Shown one piece after another: positions 21,001-31,817 of a stretch of DNA of 45,798 nucleotides. The notes under the pieces were generated by a model. It searched no databases and was not told the DNA's origin. It worked only from the letters and a program-made list of their open reading frames with translations. Positions within the stretch are counted from its first letter, which is position 1, and each line of letters starts with the position of its first letter. The stretch spans positions 1 through 45,798 of the forward strand of contig ADNK01001788.1 in assembly GCA_000320545.1 (NCBI GenBank), read 5' to 3'. Origin of the DNA: Bigelowiella natans CCMP2755. Taxonomy: Eukaryota; Protista; Cercozoa. The translations under genes and the position numbers were made by a program.

Positions 21001-23017
21001 TTATCTGTCGGATGGTCTTGCCGGGGTTCTTCTTCCGTAGCTCGGTAGGTGTAGGTAGCTTGTTGTCCGCTAGGTCCATAAACTCTAACGCATTAACGCT
21101 TGACTCAGAGGTCCACTCGTCAAGCCGTATCATGTTCTGGCTGATGGTCCTGCCTGACTTCTTTGGCAACTTAGCAAAGTATATCTTGTGATTGTAGAAT
21201 GATATGATCCCCCCTAATTTTTCTAGGGCATCCTGTCCGAGGAGTAGTTCCATGGATAAAGTCATGGCTACTCGGGTCTTGATTTGGGTCTCCGCGTCGC
21301 TGCCAGGTATCTGTAGCTTTAGCATTAGCTCACCGACGGTCTTCATGGAAGAGCTTCCGTCTGCTTGAGCATATTTACGTTCTTTCTTAGTCACTTGATC
21401 CAATAGTCCTAACCTTCTTACTGTGCTTAGGCTTATGAAGGACTTCGGCATGCTGCCACTATCCCAAAGGGCAGGTAGTTTCTTGTAGTCTCCGTAGCTG
21501 TCTTTAACTTTAACCTTGGTCATAGCAACTTTGATAGTCCTGTTAGCGTCTTCGTCATTAATGTTGCATACTCCTAAGTTCTTTATGTCGTCTAGGGTCA
21601 TGGGCTTGTCTTGGTCCTGCGTTGCTGGTACTGCTGTCTTCGTCGGCGCCTGCTTAAGGTGATCTAATATTCCGTTTATCTGCTGCTGTATAGCATTGAT
21701 ACTGTTCTGCTTTTTGTTCTTATATTTATTGTTCTTCCCGTTGTTGCTGCCTTGCCATTTGCTGTTGTTATATCCTTGTCCTCTGCCTTTCTTTCTCTTT
21801 AACTTCTCGTAGTGTTCGTTGAGCTGCCTGATCGTCATCCTGGGTCGTCCTTCTTTCCTGTCTCTGCAGTCTTTAGCGGTGTGTTTCCCTTTACGTGAGC
21901 AGTATCCGCAACGTCGGTTACCTTCCCTGTCCTTGTACCAGTCTCGCTGCGGCTTAATAGCGTTAATGTTTCCTATGCCAGGTACCTTAGGGCTGGTAAA
22001 CTTGCGGTCCTGCTCCTGCTCGCGTAGGGATATAGCCTGCACTGCTGCCTCCATCGTGGTGTAGCCTTTCTCCGTAACGTAAGTGGATTCCTTTATCTTT
22101 AACTTGAACTCTTCAAACCTTGCCTGATCATCACCTGTGTTGTAATTAAAATCATGTAGTTCGTCGATCATATCCTGGAAGCGCGTGGCAAAGTCTCTAA
22201 CAGGTTCTCTCTCATGCTGCATCATTGCTCTGTATTTTCTAATAGCCTGGGGTAGGGAGTTAGCATCCTGTTCATTTACAAAAGCCTTCATTATCGCCTC
22301 AACGTCTCGTAGCCCACTAACTGTAGTGTGTATTTTCTCTAGCTGCCTGATCCGGGTCCTGCCTGTCTCGTAAAGGTCCATGGCTTGCTTTATTATAGCT
22401 AGCCATTTGAGCTTGTCGTTTTCGGTGGGGTTAGGGGTAAAGTCGCAGAGTATACTCCTAGCGTTCTTCCACCACCTCCTTGCCTCACCTCTTTTCCCGT
22501 TGTATTTCGTTATCATAACCGGTGCTGTTTTAACAGACATGAACTGGGTGTTCCGCTGTACCGGCTGCTGCTGCTTGACGGTGCTCTGGGTCGTCCCCCG
22601 CGAGGCGCCCAGACCCCCGTCGTTCCTAAACAAAGCTGCCCACTCTGGAGGTAAGTCTGCTTCGTAATCCATGATGTCCTGCATGATAGCTGCCCAAACA
22701 TCATGTGTCTGATACTTGTATTCTATCGATACTTTCAGTTTGGCGTAGTTGCTCGCCCTGGGTCGCAAGGCTCGTAATGCCATTACGACCTTCTTGCTTT
22801 CGGCGGCCACGTCCTCGTCGTCCGCCTCGTAGAAGTTCTCCAGTGCCTCTGCTGCTGCATCTGCTTTCTTAATCCCGGGTGCTGGTCCCGGCGGTGCCTG
22901 TGGAGGTGTTCCTCCTCCTTCCTTAGCGTCCGTATCGCCCTTCCTTTCCTGTTTCTGCTCGTGCCCTTGCACGGCCTGCGAGCCAAAGTCCTGCTGTTCT
23001 TCTAGCTGCTGTGACAT
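18044..23017 (-). CDS. Gag-Pol polyprotein (Gag with zinc knuckle, aspartic protease, RT, RNase H, integrase, extra C-terminal domain)
   Basis: Zinc knuckle CGYCSRKGKHTAKDC; protease ALWDSGS; RT SSLDKNESYMQ, FPYGL, VYVDD; RNase H TDWS/GEYKA/TDHKPL/ADYFSR; integrase HGPAH..CRC, VQID, HVDN, SNSKVERLHRTL. 1657 aa with no interruption. Confidence 0.97.
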   Translation of the reverse strand: MSQQLEEQQDFGSQAVQGHEQKQERKGDTDAKEGGGTPPQAPPGPAPGIKKADAAAEALENFYEADDEDVAAESKKVVMALRALRPRASNYAKLKVSIEYKYQTHDVWAAIMQDIMDYEADLPPEWAALFRNDGGLGASRGTTQSTVKQQQPVQRNTQFMSVKTAPVMITKYNGKRGEARRWWKNARSILCDFTPNPTENDKLKWLAIIKQAMDLYETGRTRIRQLEKIHTTVSGLRDVEAIMKAFVNEQDANSLPQAIRKYRAMMQHEREPVRDFATRFQDMIDELHDFNYNTGDDQARFEEFKLKIKESTYVTEKGYTTMEAAVQAISLREQEQDRKFTSPKVPGIGNINAIKPQRDWYKDREGNRRCGYCSRKGKHTAKDCRDRKEGRPRMTIRQLNEHYEKLKRKKGRGQGYNNSKWQGSNNGKNNKYKNKKQNSINAIQQQINGILDHLKQAPTKTAVPATQDQDKPMTLDDIKNLGVCNINDEDANRTIKVAMTKVKVKDSYGDYKKLPALWDSGSMPKSFISLSTVRRLGLLDQVTKKERKYAQADGSSSMKTVGELMLKLQIPGSDAETQIKTRVAMTLSMELLLGQDALEKLGGIISFYNHKIYFAKLPKKSGRTISQNMIRLDEWTSESSVNALEFMDLADNKLPTPTELRKKNPGKTIRQITELLDKTPPADDWDIDKGKKYINKILNEKYSDITKPTTKPSSKLTPVKIELKKGYEECIINDPEHRRPEADWEKIEWQINEWAKEGKIEPSNSPWNVRHVLAKKPTYPFFRLAHNFIRHNRVIKRIQTPTPRIDDVIEHVIGYKYYSSLDKNESYMQTPIHKTSRPITAFSSRHRKWHFVVFPYGLSISGDAFSSQNYRAYTHDGMASVLWVFVFVYVDDDIICTNTVVAQIFLLENIFIRFAHFGFTIRLQKCTFLATRIKWCGYYLEQGRITPNPEKVAALQQAPKPKNAKELKSFLQTAAWILRRFSPTYARTAAAFTTAYRKENSVGLSFAKVWAKAGLDAHFDNLIKLCSNTLLNAKLDTTRPATLWTDWSKLGMAAVLTQDQQIIRVWGRACTAAEAKYSPTKGEYKAMTEAQRKLRYYLLSVPSFTLMTDHKPLLGIDRKLEAPNDEYAAMRADTEEFRDKRTVVYAPGDKQLADYFSRLFEKKVPTQVTPMVNAITFEDGDFLPEPEELQHLQEHLDKYKHKHEVLSDRIYVYTNNVRRTYVPRRTRGALLFTAHGPAHVGENHITALLYHYYWPYKLKEIRTYLRGCRCSSLKAAGVATKESSKSRASKKIKARNFLDIVQIDVYKYDGYHYLTFVDVATGKCWVKKIIKVNVAKKNKGLYKQRLTNCYRTWESELQAIPDEVSINKIPKKLHVDNETSLLQLPHPNIDASPVYYAQSNSKVERLHRTLANLSRINSTTPDKIQGLVNDTFTSGGGIKDKEREEGDDNDDDTESEDEKVPYDGRVLKEGQYVRAKVNLRSRNKQDPFWGGVAKVTERKGRKQYYIYDGNRVTLRHISHLKNYDIGEKLLEDVKVNPTVWERAMPCLGPRPKFDVEYGNNKVRVNDDWRMKIVYLGYPGLRNMERVAMKIKDGKYQLLYLAVPDLPFEHWYKVLGDLDAEGWYGHEPKDEGEFWVSDKGDKVREESITWWLVKFRKR

Positions 23018-23033
23018 TGTTAGTCAAATCGTT

Positions 23034-23051
23034 TCCCGTGTGTGGAAGCCA
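23034..23051 (-). promoter_or_regulatory. Putative primer-binding site
   Basis: Minus strand TGGCTTCCACACACGGGA, 5 nt inside the 5' LTR; its complement ends in ...GGAAG-CCA like a tRNA 3' end. The tRNA was not identified. Confidence 0.65.
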
Positions 23052-23056
23052 AAGGT

Positions 23057-23382
23057 TGTTGCGCGTAAGGTGTTCACAGGCCGAGGCGCTACGTGCACAA
23101 GTAGGCAGGGGGGGGGAAAGGCACGTTTGCTTCCTTTTGAAGAGTTGTGTTTATTTTTATTAAAGATTATATTTTTATTAAATCGTGCACTGCGTAATCA
23201 TTCGCGAAGCTTTCGCGAATGCCGCCGCACGTGGGGCAGCACACTTCCGGTGTGCTGCCATGAGTCCCGCCGGAACCCACGTGCCTATGCTGTATTAATA
23301 TCTACGTTATCTATATTCTATATCCGCGACAACCCCTTTGTTGTCGCACGTGACTTGTGCCCGCGTAGTGGTACGCGCTACA
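23057..23382 (-). repeat. 5' LTR
   Basis: 326-bp copy identical by eye to 17667-17992. Confidence 0.97.
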
Positions 23383-23686
23383 TCACTCACTTCCTCCCAA
23401 GTCAACTCTGAAACTGAAAACTTGAGGGTTCGTTTCGCGTCCTCCGCCAGTGCGGCCACGCTGGCGCACGAGCACGTCGTGGACAGCAAGTGAACGATCA
23501 AATTGTTTTCCATGCTTCAGTCGAAGAGATGTGATCGGACGTGCTGACCCATCCGCGTCTCCCCAAACAAGAGCAACCAAAGGACTTTCTGCAATCACCA
23601 CAGAGGCGACAGCCACACCATGCGCGAGAGCATCTGGCGTCTTTCTTTGCACTGACGCCATTGGCTTTTATTTTGTTGTTTTTTTC

Positions 23687-23714
23687 TGAACAATGAACAA
23701 TGAACAATGAACAA
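23687..23714. repeat. (TGAACAA)4 tandem repeat
   Basis: Four exact 7-bp units following a T-rich run. Confidence 0.9.
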
Positions 23715-24030
23715 AGCGTTGATCAAATCTGCATGCGCCAGAACCATGAATTCAGTCGACATTCTTGCTCGACTAGGGTTCGGGTGAGCGGTATGTGTCG
23801 CAGGTGACATTTTTTTGCGTGAAGTAGTAATATGTCCGTGTATTTTTTCCCTGCGACAACAGAAATCCAAGCGAAAACTTTGAACGTGCCGGCAACTTGT
23901 TTGTCTGTCATGTATTTCTTCTGACGTATTTCAATCATGCAACATGATGCAACTACAAATTCCCCTGCATTTCCTGAGAATATTGGACATATTCTCCTGC
24001 TTTTAAGGCTGAAACCGTGCGTTGAGTATC

Positions 24031-26015
24031 ATGACGCCCCTCGCCCTCCTCCTCCTCCTCGCGTGCAGACTAGATGCGTTCAATTTAGATCTTGCAGATG
24101 CCTGCAACGGGAAATATACGGACGAAGGTTCATTAAACTGATTTATTTTGAGATTCTCGCTCTAAAGTGAGCTAACTATGCCCACTCAGAATCCTGTGAT
24201 GCGGATAGCACATGCACATGGTGCAAGGCAGCAGCTGTTCCTTCTTCGTGCTATGAAAAGGAGAACGCAAAGAAGCTTCCTTCTGGAGTTTTTGAGTGTG
24301 ATAGCAGTCAAAAGGGAAATGTGAAGGGTAAGAAGTTGCCTTCTCCGAACTAACTCTTATTCACCCCAACGTTCATAACCTGATTGTCGCCACGAAATCA
24401 TCTCAGCCGAGGCGTCTCCTTACACCTTTCTCTCCATTGGTGACTGGGGTGGAGCTGCTATCGGAACTACCTCGAGTTTTACTGCGAAGAAGAACGTATT
24501 TTGATTCACACATGAGGGGGCTGATTGATTGATACTGACAACTGATGTTGTTGCACAGGTGTACGCTGTAGCATCGGCGATGGCAAAAACTGCCGCAGAA
24601 ATTGATCCGAACTTCATCATCAGCACTGGAGACAACTTTTACTGGTGAGAGTCAGTGGGCAAGGAAAGAGAAGGGGAGGGAGGGAGGTAGGGAGGGAGAG
24701 AGCACCTATCCCTCCTCGATGACCATTCTAAAGTAAGGTGACATAAGTACCGCTTGACTCCTCTTCCTCCTCCTCCTCCTACTTATCTTTAGGTGCGGCA
24801 TTCAGAACACTAGCGATTTCCAGGTTGCGACTGACTGGCTGAATCCTTACAACGATGCAGCGCTCAACCTTCCATGGTAAGAGGAAGAAGAAGAAGAAGA
24901 AATAGAAGAAGGACGTGGAAAGCAGGCACAGTACCTTGGGATAGCTATTACACAATACACACGGGAGGACTGACTTGTAAAGACGTGCCGTGCATATTCG
25001 AAGCAGTGCAAAAGTTTTGTAACAGCACCAGCATAAGGGCTACTAGAGAATATTGAGTCTAAAACAATGCTCTCTTTCAGGTACACCGTGCTCGGGAACC
25101 ATGAGTATGGATACAACGTGTCTGCACAGGTGGTGATGATGATGATGGTGATCGATAGATGAGATGAGATCTGCTTCTATATATGCGGTGTTTGTGTTAT
25201 ATGCTTGCCATAGTAGCAGCATCTCTCCGTTTGCCTTGTTCCCCCTTTTAAATGTTTACTCCGCCCTCCTCCAAGATCGATCTGGGGACCAAGTACAACA
25301 ATTGGAATTTGGATGACAGATACTACACAAAACGCATTGAGGTGGATTATCCATCAAACATCCTGCCTAGTCAAAGAGAGCGCACGAAATGCCAAATCGG
25401 TTTTCACAACCAATATATATTCTCTGAGGGCGACTTGGAGCATAAAACCTCATGAGGAATGTAGCTCTCGTGCATTCGTAGTACAAAACATCACGTTGAT
25501 TTTCGCCTTTGTTGTCGTTCTCATATACTGCCTGCCATCAGATCACAAGCAGCGTGGCGATTTCATTCGTCTTCATCGACACATCTCCGTGCGTGCAGGA
25601 ATACCGTTCCACCTCAAAAAGCGGTCTGAGACAAAGAAGAGAGAGAGGGGGGGGGGGGGGGGAGGGGGGGGAGAAAGAGAGAGAAAGAGAAAGATGTACA
25701 ACAAGAAATATAATAATGACTTCGTATTCTACAATTAGCACCTCCAATAATTATTTGAGCCTCCAGCTTTTGCTTCGCCTTCATTTCCACAAGCACACAC
25801 ACAAGCACACACACACATACACATCTAAATATATGAATATGTATATAAATATGTATATAATTGTATTTTTCTTATGTCTTTCATATATTCTGAAGGATGG
25901 GATCCGTGTGGCAGCGATTACCCCACTTGCAGCTTAACAAACACCCCTGGCGACGACTTTGAAGGGCCCTGCAAGTTCCATGAGAACATAGTTGCTCAGG
26001 TTGGTAGAAGAGGAA

Positions 26016-26049
<34 letters not shown>

Positions 26050-26373
26050 CGAAATGGAGATAGGAGGGAGGGAGGAGAATAAGAAACTTATAAATACACG
26101 AGAAGAAGAGAATAAGGGCGGGCTGGAGCGTTAAAGAGGAAGGGCGGGGGGGGTTCCAGTATGAAGGAGTAGACTGGTGGATATAGTGCTAGTCAATGGC
26201 CTGAGTGCTCGGCGGCACTTCTTTAGAGTTGTTGTTTTTGTTGTTTTCGTTTTGTTCTTACTTGTCTTATTATTCACCCCAGGATTGCTCAGCACAACTC
26301 GCGTGGTTCAAAAACGCAATGAGCTCCATCCCTGACGACGACTGGTAGCAATGGCTGATGCCACCTCCATTGG

Positions 26374-26409
<36 letters not shown>

Positions 26410-27739
26410 CCTCTCTTTCTCTCTCTCTCCCCCCCCCCCTCTCTCTCTCTCCCCCTCTCTTTCTCTCTCTCTCTCTCTTCCTTACGATACGAACAGCCTT
26501 TCGTGATGTGTGCGCTTTCCTGCCGCTGCGGCACATTCGAGAATGACACACTGTATATAATACATGCCTGTTTGCACTATCGTGTTTGCTGCTTGATCGA
26601 TTAATTTAGGGTCGTCGTCGTTGGGCATCATCCTATTGTTGAGGTGGATGTGGCAGACTTCACTACGGTGATAATAGCGCTTGTAGTAGAAGTATTAGCA
26701 ATAGGTAGTGGGGTATCTGTGGCGGCCATTCAATGGGCTTCAGCACGGTTTTATATACTTAAGTCGTGGATGGAGGAGGGGGGGGGGAGGAGGAGAAGAG
26801 GAGGCTGTGCTTTATCAACGATAACAACAACAAGAACAGCAGTAGCCATCATGACGCCACCGGGCTAATGATGATCTTAAAACATGCTTTACAGGTTCTT
26901 GAAGACCACGGATTTGACCTCTATCTCAACGGCCATGCGCACACGCTAACCCAGTACACTGTCGACGGATCGGTACTACTACTACTACTACCACTAGTAG
27001 TAGCAGCAGCAGCAGCACAAGCCGTAGCGCCGATATAAAGCTCGTTCCCAATCATTGTGGAGCATGTATTACGCGATGTTGCCGCTGTTGTTGTTGTTGT
27101 TGATGATGATGATGATGTGGATTGGTGTAGGGCGCATACGTGACTACTGGCGCTGGCTCCTTGGTAAACACGGACGACCAAATCGGTAGTTGTTAGTAGT
27201 TGAAGCAGAAGAAGTAGAAGAAGAATAAGAAGAAGTTTAAGCAACAACACCTACCTCCTACCACAAATAAGCAGCTTTTCAATCAGAATTGCGATTCATT
27301 ACCAGACGTGATTCCAAAAGCCCTTGTCTTTCTTTGATGCTTTCCACTGCCCCGCAACGGCAGCATAGTGAGCCAACGCGGTGTACTTTTGACCCGAGAC
27401 TCTCTATGATGTGTAAGCACGCATACTACTCGCATACTCACTACTGTTATGAAGCTGGCAGTAGCAAATGGGTGTCCAAAGCGTTGTGTAGTCGCGAGTT
27501 TCAGTAGCTCTGTGTGTAAGATGGAGGCGTTTTGAAATAATGCTTTGATTGGCTGCTTTCAGGAACGACACCGGCTCGTAGGCGTACTGAAGCCAAGGTA
27601 GAATTTAGAAGGTGTGGGGGGAGGAGGTGAGGTTAGTTCCCGACACATCAACGATGAGCGAATAAGTCATTCTCGTGAAACAATAGGATGCTGCTTAATT
27701 TCACATGTATTTTCTTCTTGCTGCCAGACAAAAGTAGGC

Positions 27740-27783
<44 letters not shown>

Positions 27784-28431
27784 AATATTATGTATATTTA
27801 GTTCTCTCTCGCCTTCCTTTTTCCTTTTTTGCTGTTAGGTCGCAGGTGCTGAACGCATTACATCTGCGCTGGGACACACGTAATACTACTACCCACTACA
27901 ACAACTACTACTACACTACTACTACTACTACCACAATGAGACCGACACCACAACGGCAGCATATAGCAATAGAAAAGATGATATGCATGTGTCCTCCCCT
28001 GCTTCAGATTTATCGTCATCGCCATTATCACCACTACCAGCACGAATCATCATCATTAAATATTATAGATCAACCTGTTGATGATGCGACGATATAGAGA
28101 TATTACATCTATATATATATATATATAATATATGACGTAGCTACAAGACGGTCTGGAATCAAGTGGTTGCTGGATTCACATCGCACACATTCAATACGGA
28201 TTTCACTCAGCTGACGACCAACTACATTGACTTCAACGGTGAGAGAAGAAGAAGAAGAAGAAGAAGAAGAAGAAGAAGAAGAAGGAGAAGAGGCGGAGGA
28301 AGAAGAAGAAGAAGAATATCAACCGTAAATGAACATACAGCAGGGCGTGAGTCGAGACATATACAAGAAAATGAGACAGTAGCCCTCGAGTCCTTTACTA
28401 TCAGTAGTCGGGATGAAAGCATTTTGTCTAG

Positions 28432-28469
<38 letters not shown>

Positions 28470-28845
28470 GTGTGTGTGTATGTTACATAATCAAAATATT
28501 TCCATCGATAAATGCAATAATCGTTCAACAACAAATTCAGGTAACGTTGTGCATTCATTCACGGTCACGAAGGGCGCTTCCCCCTCCCCCTCTCCCTCCC
28601 CCTCCCCCTCCCCCTCCGGCCAGTGCTGCCACTACAACGACAAGAGCTGCAATGTAGGCGATGTGTGCTGCAAATCCAGCTGCGACGATCCTTCCTCCTG
28701 CTCCTACACGCAGTATGGGTGTCAGGGCACCTATGGCCAAATCCACAACTGCCAATGGGACGGTACGATGTGTGTCGTTGGAGCTTCGAAGGGGGGGGGG
28801 CAGGAATCAGAAGCGGCAGCAGCCTCCCTCTCGAATGAGCTGTGA
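24031..28845 (+). CDS. Secreted purple acid phosphatase / tartrate-resistant acid phosphatase (ACP5-like) with Cys-rich accessory domains, ~17 exons
   Basis: Signal peptide MTPLALLLLLA; metallophosphoesterase motifs in order across exons: SIGDWG, STGDNFY, LGNHEY, FIDT, VGHHP, LNGHAH, TTGAG. The last exon has an (SP)n linker and a Cys-rich domain and ends SNEL*. Confidence 0.92.
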
Positions 28846-29581
28846 GAGGGCATGGGAATGGTTGGACGCTGCTGATCTACATACCTTCCTCGCAAAGCTA
28901 AAGTAATATAGGCTACAACGCAATCTGAAGGGGCGATAGCTTGATGAAGTGATATACATAGACGACTGCTCAAGGCTTGCTCGGGCTGCATGAATGCATG
29001 GTTGAAGCATCATGGAGCAAGCGCGGCTAGATACAGCATGGTTGTCACACTGTATCTGTAAATCGCATTTGTTCCTTCTTATTCGCGTGGCGTTTGTTAA
29101 CAGTTACGTTTATTTCTCAAATATACAAATTTAAGGTTTCTTTCACATGTCGAAATGCAAGCCTTTACGCATAACCTACATCAATGATAGCAAGGGCAGC
29201 ACACATGATCGATGAGGAGGGCGCTTTTCTAGCTGCGAGAAACAAGCAATGCGATGCACACACCATATCTAGATATGCATGGTAGCATTCACCCAACCGG
29301 AGTCTCGGCGGCTCGTCGCACGATGCATTTATTCGCACGCATGCTGCAACGGATAATATAAGCTGGTAAGGCTGTAGCATATAATAGCATGCATGCATGA
29401 GGCGCTGTGCGTCTGAGCACGCTAGCACGTACCTATTGTTAGTTAGGCTTTAAAACAACGTGCAGATACGCATGCGGTGTTTCAGCGATATATATCAGCA
29501 TGAAATAAACTAGCTAGCAAAAGACAAGATGATCGATGATGCGGTTATTGCAGCGCTTGCGATGCTCACCTGGTCATGAGT

Positions 29582-29692
29582 TGTGAGACGGATATAATGA
29601 AATGTTTAAATTTTTTCAATGGTCATCCTAATGTAGCTGTGCAATGCAGCGGCTACAGCGCTTAAATTGCATCTGTTTGTTTCCTTGGTCAC
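29582..29692 (+). repeat. Dispersed ~100-bp repeat, copy 4
   Basis: TGTGAGACGGATATAATGAAATG..TTTTCAATGGTCATCCTAATGTAGCTGTGCAATGCAGCGGCTACAGCGCTTAAATTGCATCTGTTTGTTTCCTTGGTCAC. Confidence 0.9.
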
Positions 29693-29944
29693 ATGGCGCA
29701 TGCATGTGAATGCATGGTCATGAGTTGTGCTTGTTGATATTTGAAAATGTAGAATACCGCCTGCGACAGGCTAGCAGGACTGATCGATAGCAGCGGCAGC
29801 ATCAAGAGCGGCCTGCTGTATGCAACAAGATAGAAGCACTACATATGCGCAGTCGTTACATCCGAGCTTGCGTGTCTGTTCTCTTCATGAACAGCAGTTG
29901 CACTGCAACAGTCATCAAAGATATTCTATCCCTTATTCTTCCGT

Positions 29945-30792
29945 CTACTCAGGCTCAAAGGAGATAACTAGCTTCTTTCCCTCGACGAAATCGCCCTCTG
30001 CACACATCACGTCTTTGACGACTCCATCACGTGGTGCCTTGACCACGTGCTCCATCTTCATGGCCTCGAGAATGACCAGCTGGTCGCCCTTGGAGAAACT
30101 CTGCCCTGCTGCTGCGATGAGTTTCACAACTTTGCCGGCCATCGGCGCCACGCACCTAACGACGATGATAAATACGATGATAAATGGTCGTTAGTCTTAA
30201 ATGATGATGACGGTGATGATGATGATGATAATTATGATTAGTATCGATCGACTATCATCAAAGATAACGACGATGCGCTCCTCCTTAAAGCAGAGTTGGA
30301 TTTCACCAGCACCACTAAAGCTGCTACAATTGATGCCGTCAATTTCTATTTCTCCGTCACCAAAAGCAACCAGTCAAAGCTTACTTGCATACACACAGCA
30401 TCATCACATCATCAACATCACATTTGCCTCCACATACACACCACCCCCACCACCACTACTGCTACTACCACTACTACCACTACTACTCCTACAACTACTA
30501 CAAAGCAGCAATAATAATTAATAAATTGGTAATGACCCGTCTCCGCCTGCACCGTCAGTGACCGAAAACTCAGGAACCTTCAGCTGGAAGCAGTAGCTAG
30601 CATCCGCTGTGTATACGAAGAGGGAATTCTCGTGCACGACGACGTTGCCCTTGAGGACTGCATCACCGACCTTGACGTTGAGGGCGTCGGCACCGCTCTG
30701 GTGGATCCCCGTCACTAATTTTTGCAAGAGGGGGGGGGGATGTAAATGGATGATGATTTTGCATATTAACATACATGTTTGTGTGTGTGTGC

Positions 30793-30843
<51 letters not shown>

Positions 30844-31244
30844 ACATCTGAACTCCTGCAGATATATGGAACATATGCAACCAACCTTCTATCTTCGCCT
30901 CCCCCTCTCCCGCGATCTCCACACTGAGCGATTTCTCGCCCGTCCGCACCACCGTCATTGCAACGGGGGTCGGGGCCTTCTCCCCAGGTTCTTGAAGCAT
31001 CAGATCGATCGAGTATTGAGTAGGGGCAATCGCGCGATCGAAGGAGCGGGAAAACCACGGTGACTTGGAGTCTTCGGATAACTTGGAGGCGGCCTCTCCT
31101 TCCTGCGCTGCAAACTCCATCATGCGGTAGGCGAGGAGGCCTGTGGCATGATCACGACGACGACGACGACGACAACGATAAGAGGTTGGAAGAGCATCCA
31201 TATCATCGCTCATCACCACCCACCAAGAAACTACTACTTCACCC

Positions 31245-31284
<40 letters not shown>

Positions 31285-31786
31285 GGCGCGAAAGCGCGAA
31301 AACGCGCCGATGATATCAAACGTACATGCAGCGTTCTTCTCTGGCAGAGTGAGTGCCTCGGTCTTCTCTGGGAACAGATTTTCCATGTTCTCCTCGATGA
31401 AGTTGGTCTCCACCTCCCCCTCGACGAAGTCCTTGTTGGCCAGGCAGCGACGCAGGAACTTGATGTTGGTAGGGCAGCCGACGATCTGCAGCTCGCTCAG
31501 GCCTTGATCCAGCCTGGAATTCGCAATGACGAGACAGGCGGAGACGACGACGATGATGAGGATGTAACGAAGATCACATTCGTGGGTATGGATGCTGCTA
31601 CAATCCGTTGGTGTTATTGAGGGAAGGGGAACTATGGTAAAACGACGACAACAGGCCTCTTAGGGGCATGAAGAGGGGGGGGGGGGTGGGGGGGGGTTGT
31701 ACTTTTTGAGTGCCGCTGCACGTGAGTTGCCGAGAACCACTAGTTTTGCAATCATTGGATCATAGAAAATAGACACCTGTAGCAGC

Positions 31787-31817
<31 letters not shown>

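Larger units (their letters stand above)
17667..23382 (-). mobile_element. Full-length Ty3/Gypsy (Metaviridae-type) LTR retrotransposon
   Basis: Two 326-bp direct repeats with TG...CA ends, a 4-bp TSD (TCAC at 17663-17666 and 23383-23386), PBS-like and PPT-like sites, and a single gag-pol ORF with domain order PR-RT-RH-INT. Confidence 0.97.
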
